A DNA stretch of 64,000 bases from Lingula anatina (Eukaryota; Animalia; Brachiopoda), in NCBI GenBank assembly GCA_051362555.1, contig CM120643.1, forward strand, positions 5,580,001 through 5,644,000. Direction: 5' to 3'. Made by a program: the position numbers and the translations under genes. The notes beneath the pieces were generated by a model that was not told the origin of the DNA, did not search any database, and was given only the letters and a program-made list of their open reading frames with translations. Below are positions 40,501 to 50,700 of the stretch, piece after piece (positions within the stretch are counted from its first letter, which is position 1; every line of letters starts with the position of its first letter).

Positions 40501-43500
40501 TTTCAAGCCAAAAGGTACAATGGTTTTCCACTTATCGTGTTATCGGTGCTGCATATATGTTGAAAAAAGTGAAAAAACAGCATAAATTCCCTAAGAGTGA
40601 CCCGATCATGCTGATTTTCGAACTTGACCTGCGTATTATGAATATTCATCAGTTCTGCAAGTTTCAAATCAAAAGGCAAAATGGTTTTCCACTTATCGTG
40701 TTATCGGTAAAAGTGCACGGCGACGGCGACGGCGACGGCGACGACAGACGCAGATGATGGCTATATGTACAGACACATCTGTGTCTGTACATAAAAAGCA
40801 TGGCGACAGCATCAATGATAACGCCAGACGCAGGTGACTGCTATATGTACAGACATATCTGTACATATACATACTTAAAAAAAATTCAATCAAACATATA
40901 TAAACATACAAAAGATACCACCACACCCACCTGATCATTTTCTCAGTTGATTTCCCACTATCTCCAGACTGGTAAAGTTCCATTTTTATATTGGCCCTCT
41001 TAATTGCAAGACTTTTCGCAACTATGGCAGCTTGTTCTCCTTCACCTTTATAAATAGCACTCTGCAGTGACTCAATCAAGTTCTGAAGTCCTGTAGAAAG
41101 TGACCTGCTATGAACTTGTTCTTCACGTCTTTGCACCCCTCCCGCGCCCCCACGGGATGACAAAGGGGTGGCGGGTTGTTCATGTGCCTCAGGGGGTGGG
41201 GCGTAGGCGGAGTAAGACCTAGCTGCCTTGGCCTTAGAGGAGAAAGAAGCTGTGGGGGCACTAAAGTCCCTGGGGTGGCCTCCCCCTCCTTTGTATTTCC
41301 ATTCCTCAGTGCTGTCATAGGGTTCTTTAGGAATGGCGTTTACGTACATGTCTACATATTGCTGTGAGGCTGTGTTGCCAGAGAAAGAGGACTCAGATGA
41401 ATAGAAAGGTATGGCATCTGCAACTTCACGGCCAGATGCCATGTTCCCGTCCTTCGCTGCACCTTGAAAATAATTCATCAATTTAATGCCAATCTGTTAT
41501 TTTCACAGTACGGTGAGTATATAAGTTTCAGCTGTATTTCCTTTTAAAACATTTAAAATAATTAAACAAATTAAAGGGGTTGGGCAAACAACAGACAACC
41601 AAATCAATACTGCCAACTTTTAAATGAAATAACACAATATAGGATCCAACATGTTCTCTTGGCAGGACTACCAGCTTCCAAGGTGTGGTAGCCAGAATTG
41701 GTGTAAAATTATAAAAAATTAATGCAATAATATTATATATTACTGATCTTTAAATGAATATTATGAATATTTAGTTTTTCTTATATTTTTCATGCTATTA
41801 ACAATCAAATTTCTTTTAGGGATTTTATGTTTTTAATTTTTCATATGTAAATTGCCCTTTTTTATTTTCCCTTACTTTTTATTTAGATTGCACATTCCAA
41901 ATACCAATTTCTTTCTTACATGAATATCACATGCACTGAATTTAAAGAGGATCTCTCTTTTTAGCCTGGATTTTTTAAGTATATGGAACAAATATAAATA
42001 AACAAGCATTTTCTGTCCTCAATTATCAAAATCACATGTGGTGCCAAATATTATGTCAAAAAGAAATCTGATCAAAAGCATTACCAACCTATGATGCTCT
42101 TTCCCTACAAGCTTCTCAGCCTCATGGTGCTGTTTAAAAAAAGCTTTTATATTTTACAAGTAAAAATTTAAAACATCCCTCAGAAAAGGACTGGACAGGA
42201 CTGCTAATTCCTTGAAACATAATTTCCAACATATTCATAATGTAGGACAGATAGGATTCCTATAAAAATATTGATATCATAGAATCACAAGATGACCTGC
42301 TTTAAAATATTTCAAGCATTGCATACCAGGTGAGCACTTGGTGTTAGTTTGCTCTCTGTTCCTCCCTCCCCTCCTCAGTGGGTGTCTCTCTAACTGCAGC
42401 ACTCTCTTTATTTCTGCTTGGAAAACTACAAACTGCTTATCATTTCTGTAACATCCAGAATGAAAAATAAATATTATGTTATATTCACAACTTATAGCAT
42501 ATATCATGAGACAGTATATACATCATATTAGGCAGATGCTTAAAACATCATAAAATCAAAATATTAATTTGATTTTTAAAGACTGCCATATTTATGTAAT
42601 ATAATATTACTCCATGCTATTGCTATTTTTTTGACTCAATACATTTTATAACTGTGGAATTCGACACAAAAATTACAGAATGTGAGAATTTTGTTTTGGT
42701 TAAATGACAGCCTCTCTCAGTCTACCAGTTTGCATCTAGCATTGTGGTTATAACTGCATCAGGAAGGAGCAACAGTCCACACAACCAAAGCCAAGTCAGA
42801 CCATTCTTGACAAGCTTTATCACTAACACTGGATTCATTCTACATGTTTATGATTTGAGTCCAGTGTAGAAAATATCTTGACTATGTAACTGGCATACTT
42901 GTCAAATTTAAAAGCAAATAATTTCCCTTCACTGGTCTTGATCTCATGCCATTCCTCTTTTTTCACCTCATAATTAGCTGTGTTCAATATTACTGCCAGC
43001 TGACCCTGAAAAAAATATGATCAAAAATTATCTATGTGTACAAATATCAAACACACACAAGATAGTAAATTCAAAAGATAACTAGTCCCCAGTAAGCACA
43101 TACATGATAAGAGACAAATTTGGGTCAAAGGCAAACTCAATTTTAAACAAGGCAGCAAAGCTGCAAATGGCAGCAAATGTACAGACAACAAGAAAGAAAA
43201 TAATTTTTTGGAAAAATGGTCCGATCAGGCTGATTTTTTAACTTGACCTGTATTTAATGAATATTCGTCAGAACATTTTATGTAAGTTTGAAGACAAAAG
43301 GTGAAACAATTTTCATTTTATTTGTATAACAGTGGATAAAATATGCTGAAGAAAAACAGAAAAACAATATAACTTTTGGAAAAATGGTGCGATCAGGCTG
43401 ATTTTTTAAACTTGACCTGTATTTTATGAATATTCATCAGTTACGTAAGTTTGAAGACAACATATTATTTGTATAACAGTAGATAAATTATGTTGAAAAA

Positions 43501-46311
43501 AAAAACAGGAAAACAGTATAACTTTTGAAAGCTGATTTTCAAACTTGACCTTTACTTCATGAATATTTATCAGTTCTGTAAGTTTAAAGACAAAAGGTGA
43601 AATGGTTTTCCTTTTATTTGTATAACAATGAAAGTGCATGTTGACGACACAACAGACACAGGCGACGGCTATATGTACATTTGTAACATTTGTGTCTGTA
43701 CATAAGAATGTTAGAAAATGGTGTCTTTTTAACCATAACATCCATTTTACTTAAATAAATTCAAATAACTGCAATTATAAACAAGGCAGCAAAGCTGTCA
43801 AATGTACAGACAAAAAGCAGGAAATAACTATGCACAAAATAGGCTACTGTCAATTCTGATGCAAAAGACATTATGTTAAACTACAAATTCAACATCAAAT
43901 TTTAATTATGCTCAATAGGTAATACCAATGTAAGTAAAATGTGTAACAAGCATAAGGCTTCAGGCCCATGGGAGTTCAAGTTCGCACTTTGAAAATGTAT
44001 AACATCCAGAAAAAGAAGCCAATTAGACTGTTTTTCCAACTCAGGCTGCATTTTTAGTCCTGTATTTCTTTTTTGAAAGTTTGGCAATCATAAGTAACAT
44101 GGTTTTCCCATAATGGTCATCATGGCAGCAGCACCCAAAATTGTTTTTTCTTCTATTCTGATGCAATATTACATAATGGTTAACAGCATAATGACCGTCA
44201 ATTTTTAATAATAAAATATACGTATCATGTATTTTCAGAAAATGTGACTAGCATGGGTATTCAAGCCCGTGGAACTTCAAAGTCACACCTTGAAAATGCC
44301 AATATGTGAAAAATTAAAGTTTCACAAAAAAAAAACTGTTTAACTGGCAGTAAGAATTACCAAACAGATTGCATTCCCTACTGAAGCTGTATTTTAGTCC
44401 CAGGTTTCTTTCCTGTAAGTTTGAGAACAGTAAGTGACATGGTTTTTCTGAAATGGTCATCATGGGAGCAGTGCCCAAAATATGTTTTTTCAAATTTTGA
44501 TGCAATATTACATAATGTTTAACAGCATAATGACCATCAACTTTTATTAATAAAATATTAGTATTATGGATATTCAGAAAATGTGATTAGCAAAGGTCTT
44601 CAGGCCAATGGAACTTCAAAGTCACAACTTGAAAATGCCAAAATGTAGACAAGACAGCACTGTTCTGACATGGGTTTATTTCCATTTTTAACAATTTTTT
44701 TAACATAAAACAAAATTAACACTTTACTGCCATTTTTATATGATCAACTAAGAAAATTGATGAGATGGGAAAAATATCAAAAGAACAGTGTTTAATGTCC
44801 AATTTCTTCCATTCTGAGATTCTGAACATAGTGAATGATTGAATCTGACAAACTGCAATGATATGAGTTTATTTCCATATTTGACACTTTATTACACAAA
44901 ACATGATAACAAGTTTACCATAATTTTTTTCATAATCAACTAACAATGTTGTAAAGATGCAGGAAATGTCAAACAAACACTTTTATGTATCTAATTAGTT
45001 AAATAATAAGGCTATTAACATGCCTAAGAACTGAATCTGAGGAAATGTGAAAAAACAGCATAACTTCTAAAATAATGGCCTGATTATGCTGATTTTCGAA
45101 CTCAACCTGCGTTTTAGTAAGATTGACCACTCCTGTGAGTTTAATGACAATTGGCCTATCTGTTTTTCTTATATTGTGTTTACAGTGTTGCATACATGCT
45201 GAAAAATGAAAAAATCAGCATAACTACTTAAATAGTGGCCCGATCATGCCGATTTTCGAACTTGACCTGCGTTTTAGTAAGATTGATTACTCCTGTGAGT
45301 TTCATGACAACAGGCTTAACGGTTTTCCTTTAAATGTGTTTACAGGGTTGTATATATGCTGAAAAGTGAAAAAACAGCATAACTTCTACTATAATGGCCC
45401 GATCATGCTGATTTTCGAACTTGACCTGCGTTTTATGAATATTCACCAGCTCTGTAAATATAAAAGCAAAAAATAAAACTGTGTTCCACTTATCGTGTTT
45501 ACAAGGAAAGTGCACGGCATCGGCATCGCCATCGGCATCGCCATCGGCGACGACGGCGACGACAGACGCAGGTGATGGCAATATGTACAGACACATCTGT
45601 GTCTGTACATAAAAACATTTCAAAAAATTAATGTCATTCATTAACATTTTTCATGTTTTGTCTGTAAAATGTTGAAGAACATCTATAAAATTGAGACATG
45701 AGTAAATTCATATCAGTAAGGATAATTCAAACTACTAATAAATCCATGTTATACTGTGACTGGTCATAGGCATCATTTATAAATAATACTTGTACTTAAA
45801 TAATTTTCACCATCAAAATTAATAAAAATTGGAAAAATCAAATATATCTGATGGAATTTATGGGTAATTCATGTGATGAAATTTTAGATACCGCTCCCAT
45901 CTCCAAAGATTTAAACTGTGGAGACAACAAATATTGTATTTAGACACAGCAGTGTTTGATCAATAATAAACTGACATAACCTGAGTGATGAACTAATATA
46001 ACCTGAAGGAGGATTGTGGAAATGATCTGTCTGTGTACTCAGTATAAGAACTGCCCAGTATGTGTGCCTGTAACACTGTTCATTGACAAATTAGTCAAAG
46101 ATATTTCAAATCAGCCTACCCCATTCTTTCCTCTTTCTGTAACTAAAATCTTGTAAAGCATGTCCTGCTGTAACAGTTGGATACAACTTCCATGACCAGA
46201 AAATAAACTCCTCCAACCATGGGTTCGTCCTTCCACCAGCCCATTAGGAACCAATACTTCTCCACGACAACCAGCCACAAACACATCTGCTAACATGCTA
46301 TTATTAGCCAT
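23994..46311 (-). CDS. RBCK1: LUBAC subunit, SHARPIN/RBCK1(HOIL-1)-related E3 ubiquitin ligase: PH-LTM-UBL-NZF-RBR, ~821 aa, 15 coding exons
   Basis: Exons, all GT-AG with consistent phases: 46311-46120, 43005-42899, 42445-42327, 41462-40931, 34219-34126, 33625-33424, 31512-31453 (alternative donor 31423), 30964-30774, 30540-30370, 26672-26491, 26139-26028, 25468-25343, 25134-24982, 24549-24406, 24074-23994; total 2466 nt. Motifs: [24 protein letters not shown]; UBL LKVYVED...[18 protein letters not shown]...VYLYLMSA; [24 protein letters not shown]; RING1 CPICF...[13 protein letters not shown]...VKCPY; [16 protein letters not shown]; RING2 MRCPHC...[11 protein letters not shown]...[11 protein letters not shown]; C-terminus [20 protein letters not shown]. 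The three 5'-most exons and the small exon 7 are less certain than the rest. Confidence 0.92.
29500..29661 (-). CDS. Candidate alternative terminal exon of the RBCK1-like gene (ends the protein after the NZF)
   Basis: Acceptor GTTTTTCAG at 29662, phase 0, matching the NZF exon donor. 53 open codons of coding-like, GC-richer sequence ([18 protein letters not shown]...DEDVVD) then TAA; AATAAA on the minus strand at 29357-29352. I found no phase-0 donor that would make it a cassette exon. Confidence 0.55.
   Translation of the reverse strand, partial: ADRQMRRPYEDEDPVELFAVPAGQLEMLLQESQNQTARTTQAVQPTPDEDVVD
30150..30290. repeat. (CT)n / (CA)n compound microsatellite, intronic
   Basis: CT then CA/CATACA runs. 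These explain the THTH/HTHT ORFs in the track. Confidence 0.9.
30790..30905 (-). repeat. Coding 30 bp tandem repeat / polyglutamine tract
   Basis: About three copies of CAGTTGCCACAGCAACAACAGAGACAGCAA ([10 protein letters not shown]) inside exon 30964-30774. Confidence 0.85.
33314..33478 (-). repeat. 55 bp x 3 tandem repeat of an exon 3' end spanning the splice donor
   Basis: Units 33314-33368, 33369-33423 and 33424-33478; only one substitution, in the middle copy. Minus-strand unit is GTAGGTCTGCC...GGGACAGGCAG. Confidence 0.95.
34664..37100 (-). mobile_element. Degenerate Helentron/HINE-like element copies, intronic
   Basis: The family terminus AACAAGGCAGCAAA(G/T)CTGTCAAATG(T/A)ACAGACAA occurs at 34664 and 36662, with internal blocks homologous to 38300-40800 and 43780-45614. 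Boundaries are approximate. Confidence 0.65.
35082..35738 (-). mobile_element. Internally deleted PIF/Harbinger element
   Basis: Inverted ends GGGCCCATTTCACGAAGCAGTCGTTAG / CTAACTACTGCTTCTTGAAATGGGCCC with a 3 bp CAG duplication. Residual [31 protein letters not shown]...YKRLR resembles the N-terminus of Harbinger transposases. Confidence 0.85.
37233..37465 (-). mobile_element. Short HINE/DINE-1-like element of a second family
   Basis: AACTAGAAAAGCACTTTGAGAGTGC hairpin end, subterminal inverted repeats CTCTGCCAAGG / CCTTGGCAGAG, and a GACAGACAAACA microsatellite. A related inverted relic ends near 62975. Confidence 0.6.
37517..37592. repeat. (TA)n microsatellite
   Basis: About 38 perfect AT units. 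Confidence 0.95.
37810..40865 (-). mobile_element. Helentron/HINE-like element with internal ~337 bp and ~161 bp tandem arrays
   Basis: ~337 bp units (GGTCATC near 38494, 38830, 39167) then ~161 bp units (GCTGATTTT near 39801, 39965, 40127, 40288, 40449, 40610), a (CGACGG)n microsatellite and the terminal palindrome ATGTACAGACACATCTGTGTCTGTACAT at 40765-40792. The end is partly duplicated at 40803-40865. The left boundary is approximate. Confidence 0.8.
43146..43703 (-). mobile_element. Short Helentron/HINE-like copy
   Basis: Both family termini present (AACAAGGCAGCAAAGCTG... and ...TGTGTCTGTACAT) around ~3 core repeats. Confidence 0.8.
43780..45614 (-). mobile_element. Full-length Helentron/HINE-like copy
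   Basis: Hairpin end GGCAGCAAAGCTGTC plus subterminal ATGTACAGACA at the left; ~160 bp core repeats, a GGCATC/CGACGG microsatellite and the palindrome ATGTACAGACACATCTGTGTCTGTACAT at the right. A-rich flanks. Colinear with 38380-40790. Confidence 0.85.
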
Positions 46312-47109
46312 TTAATTGTCTTTTCTGGCACAGAACTGTATTTCAAAACCTTTAATTGCCCTGTCTTCACTTATATTATGTAGTTTCTTCAATCAATTCT
46401 CAAGCAAAGTCTTCACTTAAAAACAATGACAAAATTGCTCTCATTCCTGTTTTTACCTCAGATTTAAGTTATACAACACTTCTTTTCTAAGATTTTTCAT
46501 ACATGAATCCAGTACACCTAAAGCTGTTATATAAATATATTACACTTAAGTGACACACAAAATGATCAATTCCCCGCACACTTTGCCATCTTCACTGGTC
46601 TCTTTAGCCACTGTTCCACAGGAAAACATTCCACAAATTCCAACCTTATACGTGTAGCTAAGAAGGTTTAAATTTTGTACATTCTGTTTTATATCCACAT
46701 CAAAAACCTGACCTTATTCTGTCTTAAGCACGAACATCTACTTTTAAGTAGACATTTGCAGTCAAGAATGTTTTACTTCCTGGTGTATATGTACAGTATG
46801 TATGTCATATGAATTCACATTAAAAACCTATTTTTGGTTCCATAGATTCTTGACCTCCTGCACTGAATTTCCTTTTCGCATTGTGTGAACCAAAACTAGT
46901 GAATATGTGTGAACCAAAACTAGTGACACAGTGAATACAAATGCAAAGAAAAAACGGTTTCGTGGGACTGAAACTGATAGATACTACCAGTACATGTACA
47001 TGCATGTGACACACAACATGTAGTACGGAAAACGATTGTCTAGTGGAGAAACGAAATTTGTGTATTATTTGCTAGTCCTTGTTCAAATGAACACAAAGTT
47101 CGTAGTATT

Positions 47110-47250
47110 GCTTACCCTTTCTCCAATTAAATAAATCCATGCATTTTCCCCAAGTTTCAATTTCAACTCGCTTCGACTTAGACACTTCCGGTGGTATTTC
47201 CCACTGCGAGTGGCGTCACTTTGAAACTTGCACCGTCATCAAGGTATTAA
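47110..47250. promoter_or_regulatory. Putative bidirectional promoter and non-coding first exons of the RBCK1-like and TINF2-like genes
   Basis: Minus-strand donor GG|GTAAG near 47115 and plus-strand donor AAG|GTATTA at 47244 flank a CpG-richer stretch. It contains an ETS-type site (CACTTCCGG, ~47183-47191) and a CRE half-site (CGTCAC). Both ATG-containing exons are preceded by acceptors (46336 and 47794). Confidence 0.5.
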
Positions 47251-47797
47251 CGCTCTTACATACTGTATTGTACATTCTGTTTTAGCATTGGATTTTTAAT
47301 TCTTCATAACTTGCCTTACCTACGTACAATCTTGCATTTTCATGTAAATATGCCAGTTGGCTCTAAGCACGTAAACAGTTGAGAACTCTCTTGCAAACGG
47401 AGACTGGAATACAGCCACCGTCAATAAGTACGGGCGGGAACACGATCTTTTATTTAAAATAATACCATTATTATTATAAGGAGAAGGAGATTCTTTTCAA
47501 GGTTTGAGTGCATCTGCAGTGTATAATTCTAAACTGAAGTATGATACAACACCTTATAACATACTTAAAACAGAGCATTTTTTTTTTGCCTTTTCCATTA
47601 CTCAACCTGTGTTACATGTAAAATGCTGTACATTTAGTTCATTGCTAAATTATTCAGCGTATAATGTATTAGATATGTATTTTTAGTAATTCCTGTAAAA
47701 TGAGGGAAAGAATACACTGATAGTGCTAAGTCCTTGTGACATAAGTTTTTTAAAATTGTGCTAGAAAGTCACATTTTATGATTTATAATTTCAGAGA

Positions 47798-50700
47798 ATG
47801 AATGCTGAAGAGAGATGGATACTAGAATATGCTTGTCGACATAAAATGCACCAAGTCTTACATGGTGAGCATAACAAAAGTGTGAGATAAAAGAATTTGT
47901 TACTATTTTTTTCAAGACCCCAGTTTATGATATTTATCTATAACCAAATTTACCATGCATTTATTAATATTAAAACAGTCGTGTATAGGTAAATATGGGA
48001 AGGGGTAGGTCAGCTCCGATCCATATTTTATATCTAGTGAATATGTAGTAATAATGCTTGAATGAATAAAGAAGTGATTTGTCCAAAGACAATGTGAAAA
48101 TTTATGACATTTTTATTGGATGCACAGTAATTACCACTTTTGAAGAACTGTGATGAAAAAGTTCAATGTTTATTTTTTTTTTTCAGTCCTATGTAAGAAG
48201 TACCCCGATGGTCTAGACACGTTTCAAGTTGCTCCAGTTTATCAAGGCTTAGCAGCTCTGCTATTTGTTGTCACACACTGGCAACTGAAGGACTTTCAGG
48301 GTGCAATGGAAATACTTGATGTTCTGTACATTTTTGTTGAAGAAGTCATTCCTTACACACTCTTTTCAAGGCTGATGACTGGTTTGAGAACTATGGTGAG
48401 TCTTGAAAATAATTAACTGGAAGCAACATTAGATAACAGAGCTCTCATTTCAGTATTTACCCAAACAGTACGCATGAAGTAACATTACTGATAATGTTAT
48501 ATTTGTTAAAACTACTTAAATGCACAGGCTATATCTTACATGCATCGGAGATTTCATATATAATAATCTAGGGGCACAATTTTATTTTTAAATATGTAAT
48601 TGTTTTCTTTTTTTCTTTTGTAAGCACTTATTCCATTTGTTGAAAACCAAGGATGAAGACATTTTGGCAAAACTAAATGAATATTTTCCTCGAAATGGCA
48701 GAGAATTGAAGGTTAGTACATATTATATTTAGGAGCAGAATTTGACAAACCGACCATTTATTTGTTTTAAAGAGTTATTCCACTGTGTTTCCTCCTTAGT
48801 ATTTTTTTCATCCCCCGTAAAATTTTTTATCTTTCCATATCCCCGAATTTAAAGAAGTCTAAAAAAAGATGTTCACCTTTTCTTAACTCTCATGAAGTCA
48901 TATAAAATAGGATGATATTATGTGGATAAAAGCTGTTGCATATTTCATAAATTTTTCCCATTATATATTTAGTCAATTTCTCAGATAGAAATTTTCAGTT
49001 TTTAATGCAACTTCTGGAAAATGAAACACTATTTTGTTTTGAATTTACATGTCATTGAGTCCTCTGTAAAGAGAATTTACAGTCCATTTTCAAAACTTTG
49101 ACAAGATCCTCTAGAATTTTGTTACAATACAGTATACATTTTGCAGAGTTCCCGTCCCTTTCTTTATACACAATAATATCTTATTAATATAGAAATGTAC
49201 GGTTTCTGAAAACTTGATGTAGTATTGTACTTATAGCTGTATCTTCACACACTTGATTAACTTCCTTCTTTCTTTGTAAATTATGTATTTTATGATATTC
49301 TTTTCTATATATGTAGATACAAAGAGTTCTACACAAGAGAGAGATCGAATTTAGAAAGCTGTTCATTTCCCTGGTTGCAGATGAAGACAGGTGTGCAGAC
49401 TACTTGAAGCATGGGTATAGGGAGGACTTTGGGCAAGATTTTAAGGACTCTGTCCGAAGGCTGGTAAATGAATTTGTTTCTAAGATTGAAGAGATCCTGC
49501 CTCCTACAACAATTGATATGGTAAGACTTTCTGAGAAACAACAGGACTTACGGTACCCACTTTTCAACCAGTTTTCTATTTTCACCCTTTGTTTTTAAAT
49601 ATTGATAAATTTGGTTAAAGACTGACATTTTGAGGTTATCTCAGATGACTTTTATTTTTAAAAGGTTACTCTTTCTCTTAACAATATATTTTTTATCCAT
49701 AGATTTGTGTTACAGTTTAAGATAAATCTAATAGTTTTCCAGCAGAATAAAAGGAATTTTCTCTAGTTTTAGGATTTAGTTAAGAGGTTTATAAATGTCT
49801 TGGAATTTATTGTTATTGGTATCATGAAAGTATAATTTGTATTATATAAAAAAGACATACTGATAAACAAAAGAATTTCAAAGTGATTATATACATGTTC
49901 AATAATTTCATCAATAAATTTATTATTATAAATACCAGATTTTAGCTGGTGAGAGGCCTTCCATGAGGGATCTCTCTACACCCACATCAGAGAACATGGA
50001 GATTGTTCTGGATTTAATTCTCAGTAAAGAGCAGCCCACGGCAGACGACTTTGTGGCTGTTCTGGAGGAGATGTGGCAGACAGAGCACACACAGAAGAGA
50101 AAGATGAAACATACTGACATCAGCACAGATGGTTTAAAACTGAGGTAGCTAGAGTTCATTCGGTTTATAGAATATATGATTACATTTAATTATGTCTCTT
50201 TGCTATAAAGATGTAAAAGATTAAGATCTAATATTACTATGCATGCATTTTAAATTATACATGTATACAGTATATTGTAAAATTAAGATAGCTGGTCTTT
50301 GTCTTGGACATGTTTCATACAGATTTCAATGGATTTTGATTATGTTTTATAATGCTTTTGGTTGCCTCATGTAGTGTCAAGATTCTTTTACAGGAAAAAA
50401 GCAAAATGTGCACCTGAGTCTCCAACAAACTCTTTAAATCAGGAACAGATTCTAAAATCTCAAGAGACAAGTAAGCTTAGCTACATGGTCCAGTCCAAAA
50501 ATGGTCAGTTAAGAAGCCCTACTTCAGAAAATTCTGATGGAGTATCACAAGACACACAAAATGAAACTTATACTTACACTGATTTCAATTCTGCTCATCC
50601 AAAACAGAGAGGGAGAGGTAGTTTCATAAAAACTGATTCCAAACCAAAGGACATGCCAGCTGCAAACCTCCAAACAGGGTTTAAACGTTTAAAAGACCAG

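Noticed and set aside
40693-40930. C-terminal extension of the 262 aa ORF (ending in poly-Arg)
   Set aside because: Read-through past the donor at 40930 into the HINE-like element's microsatellite.
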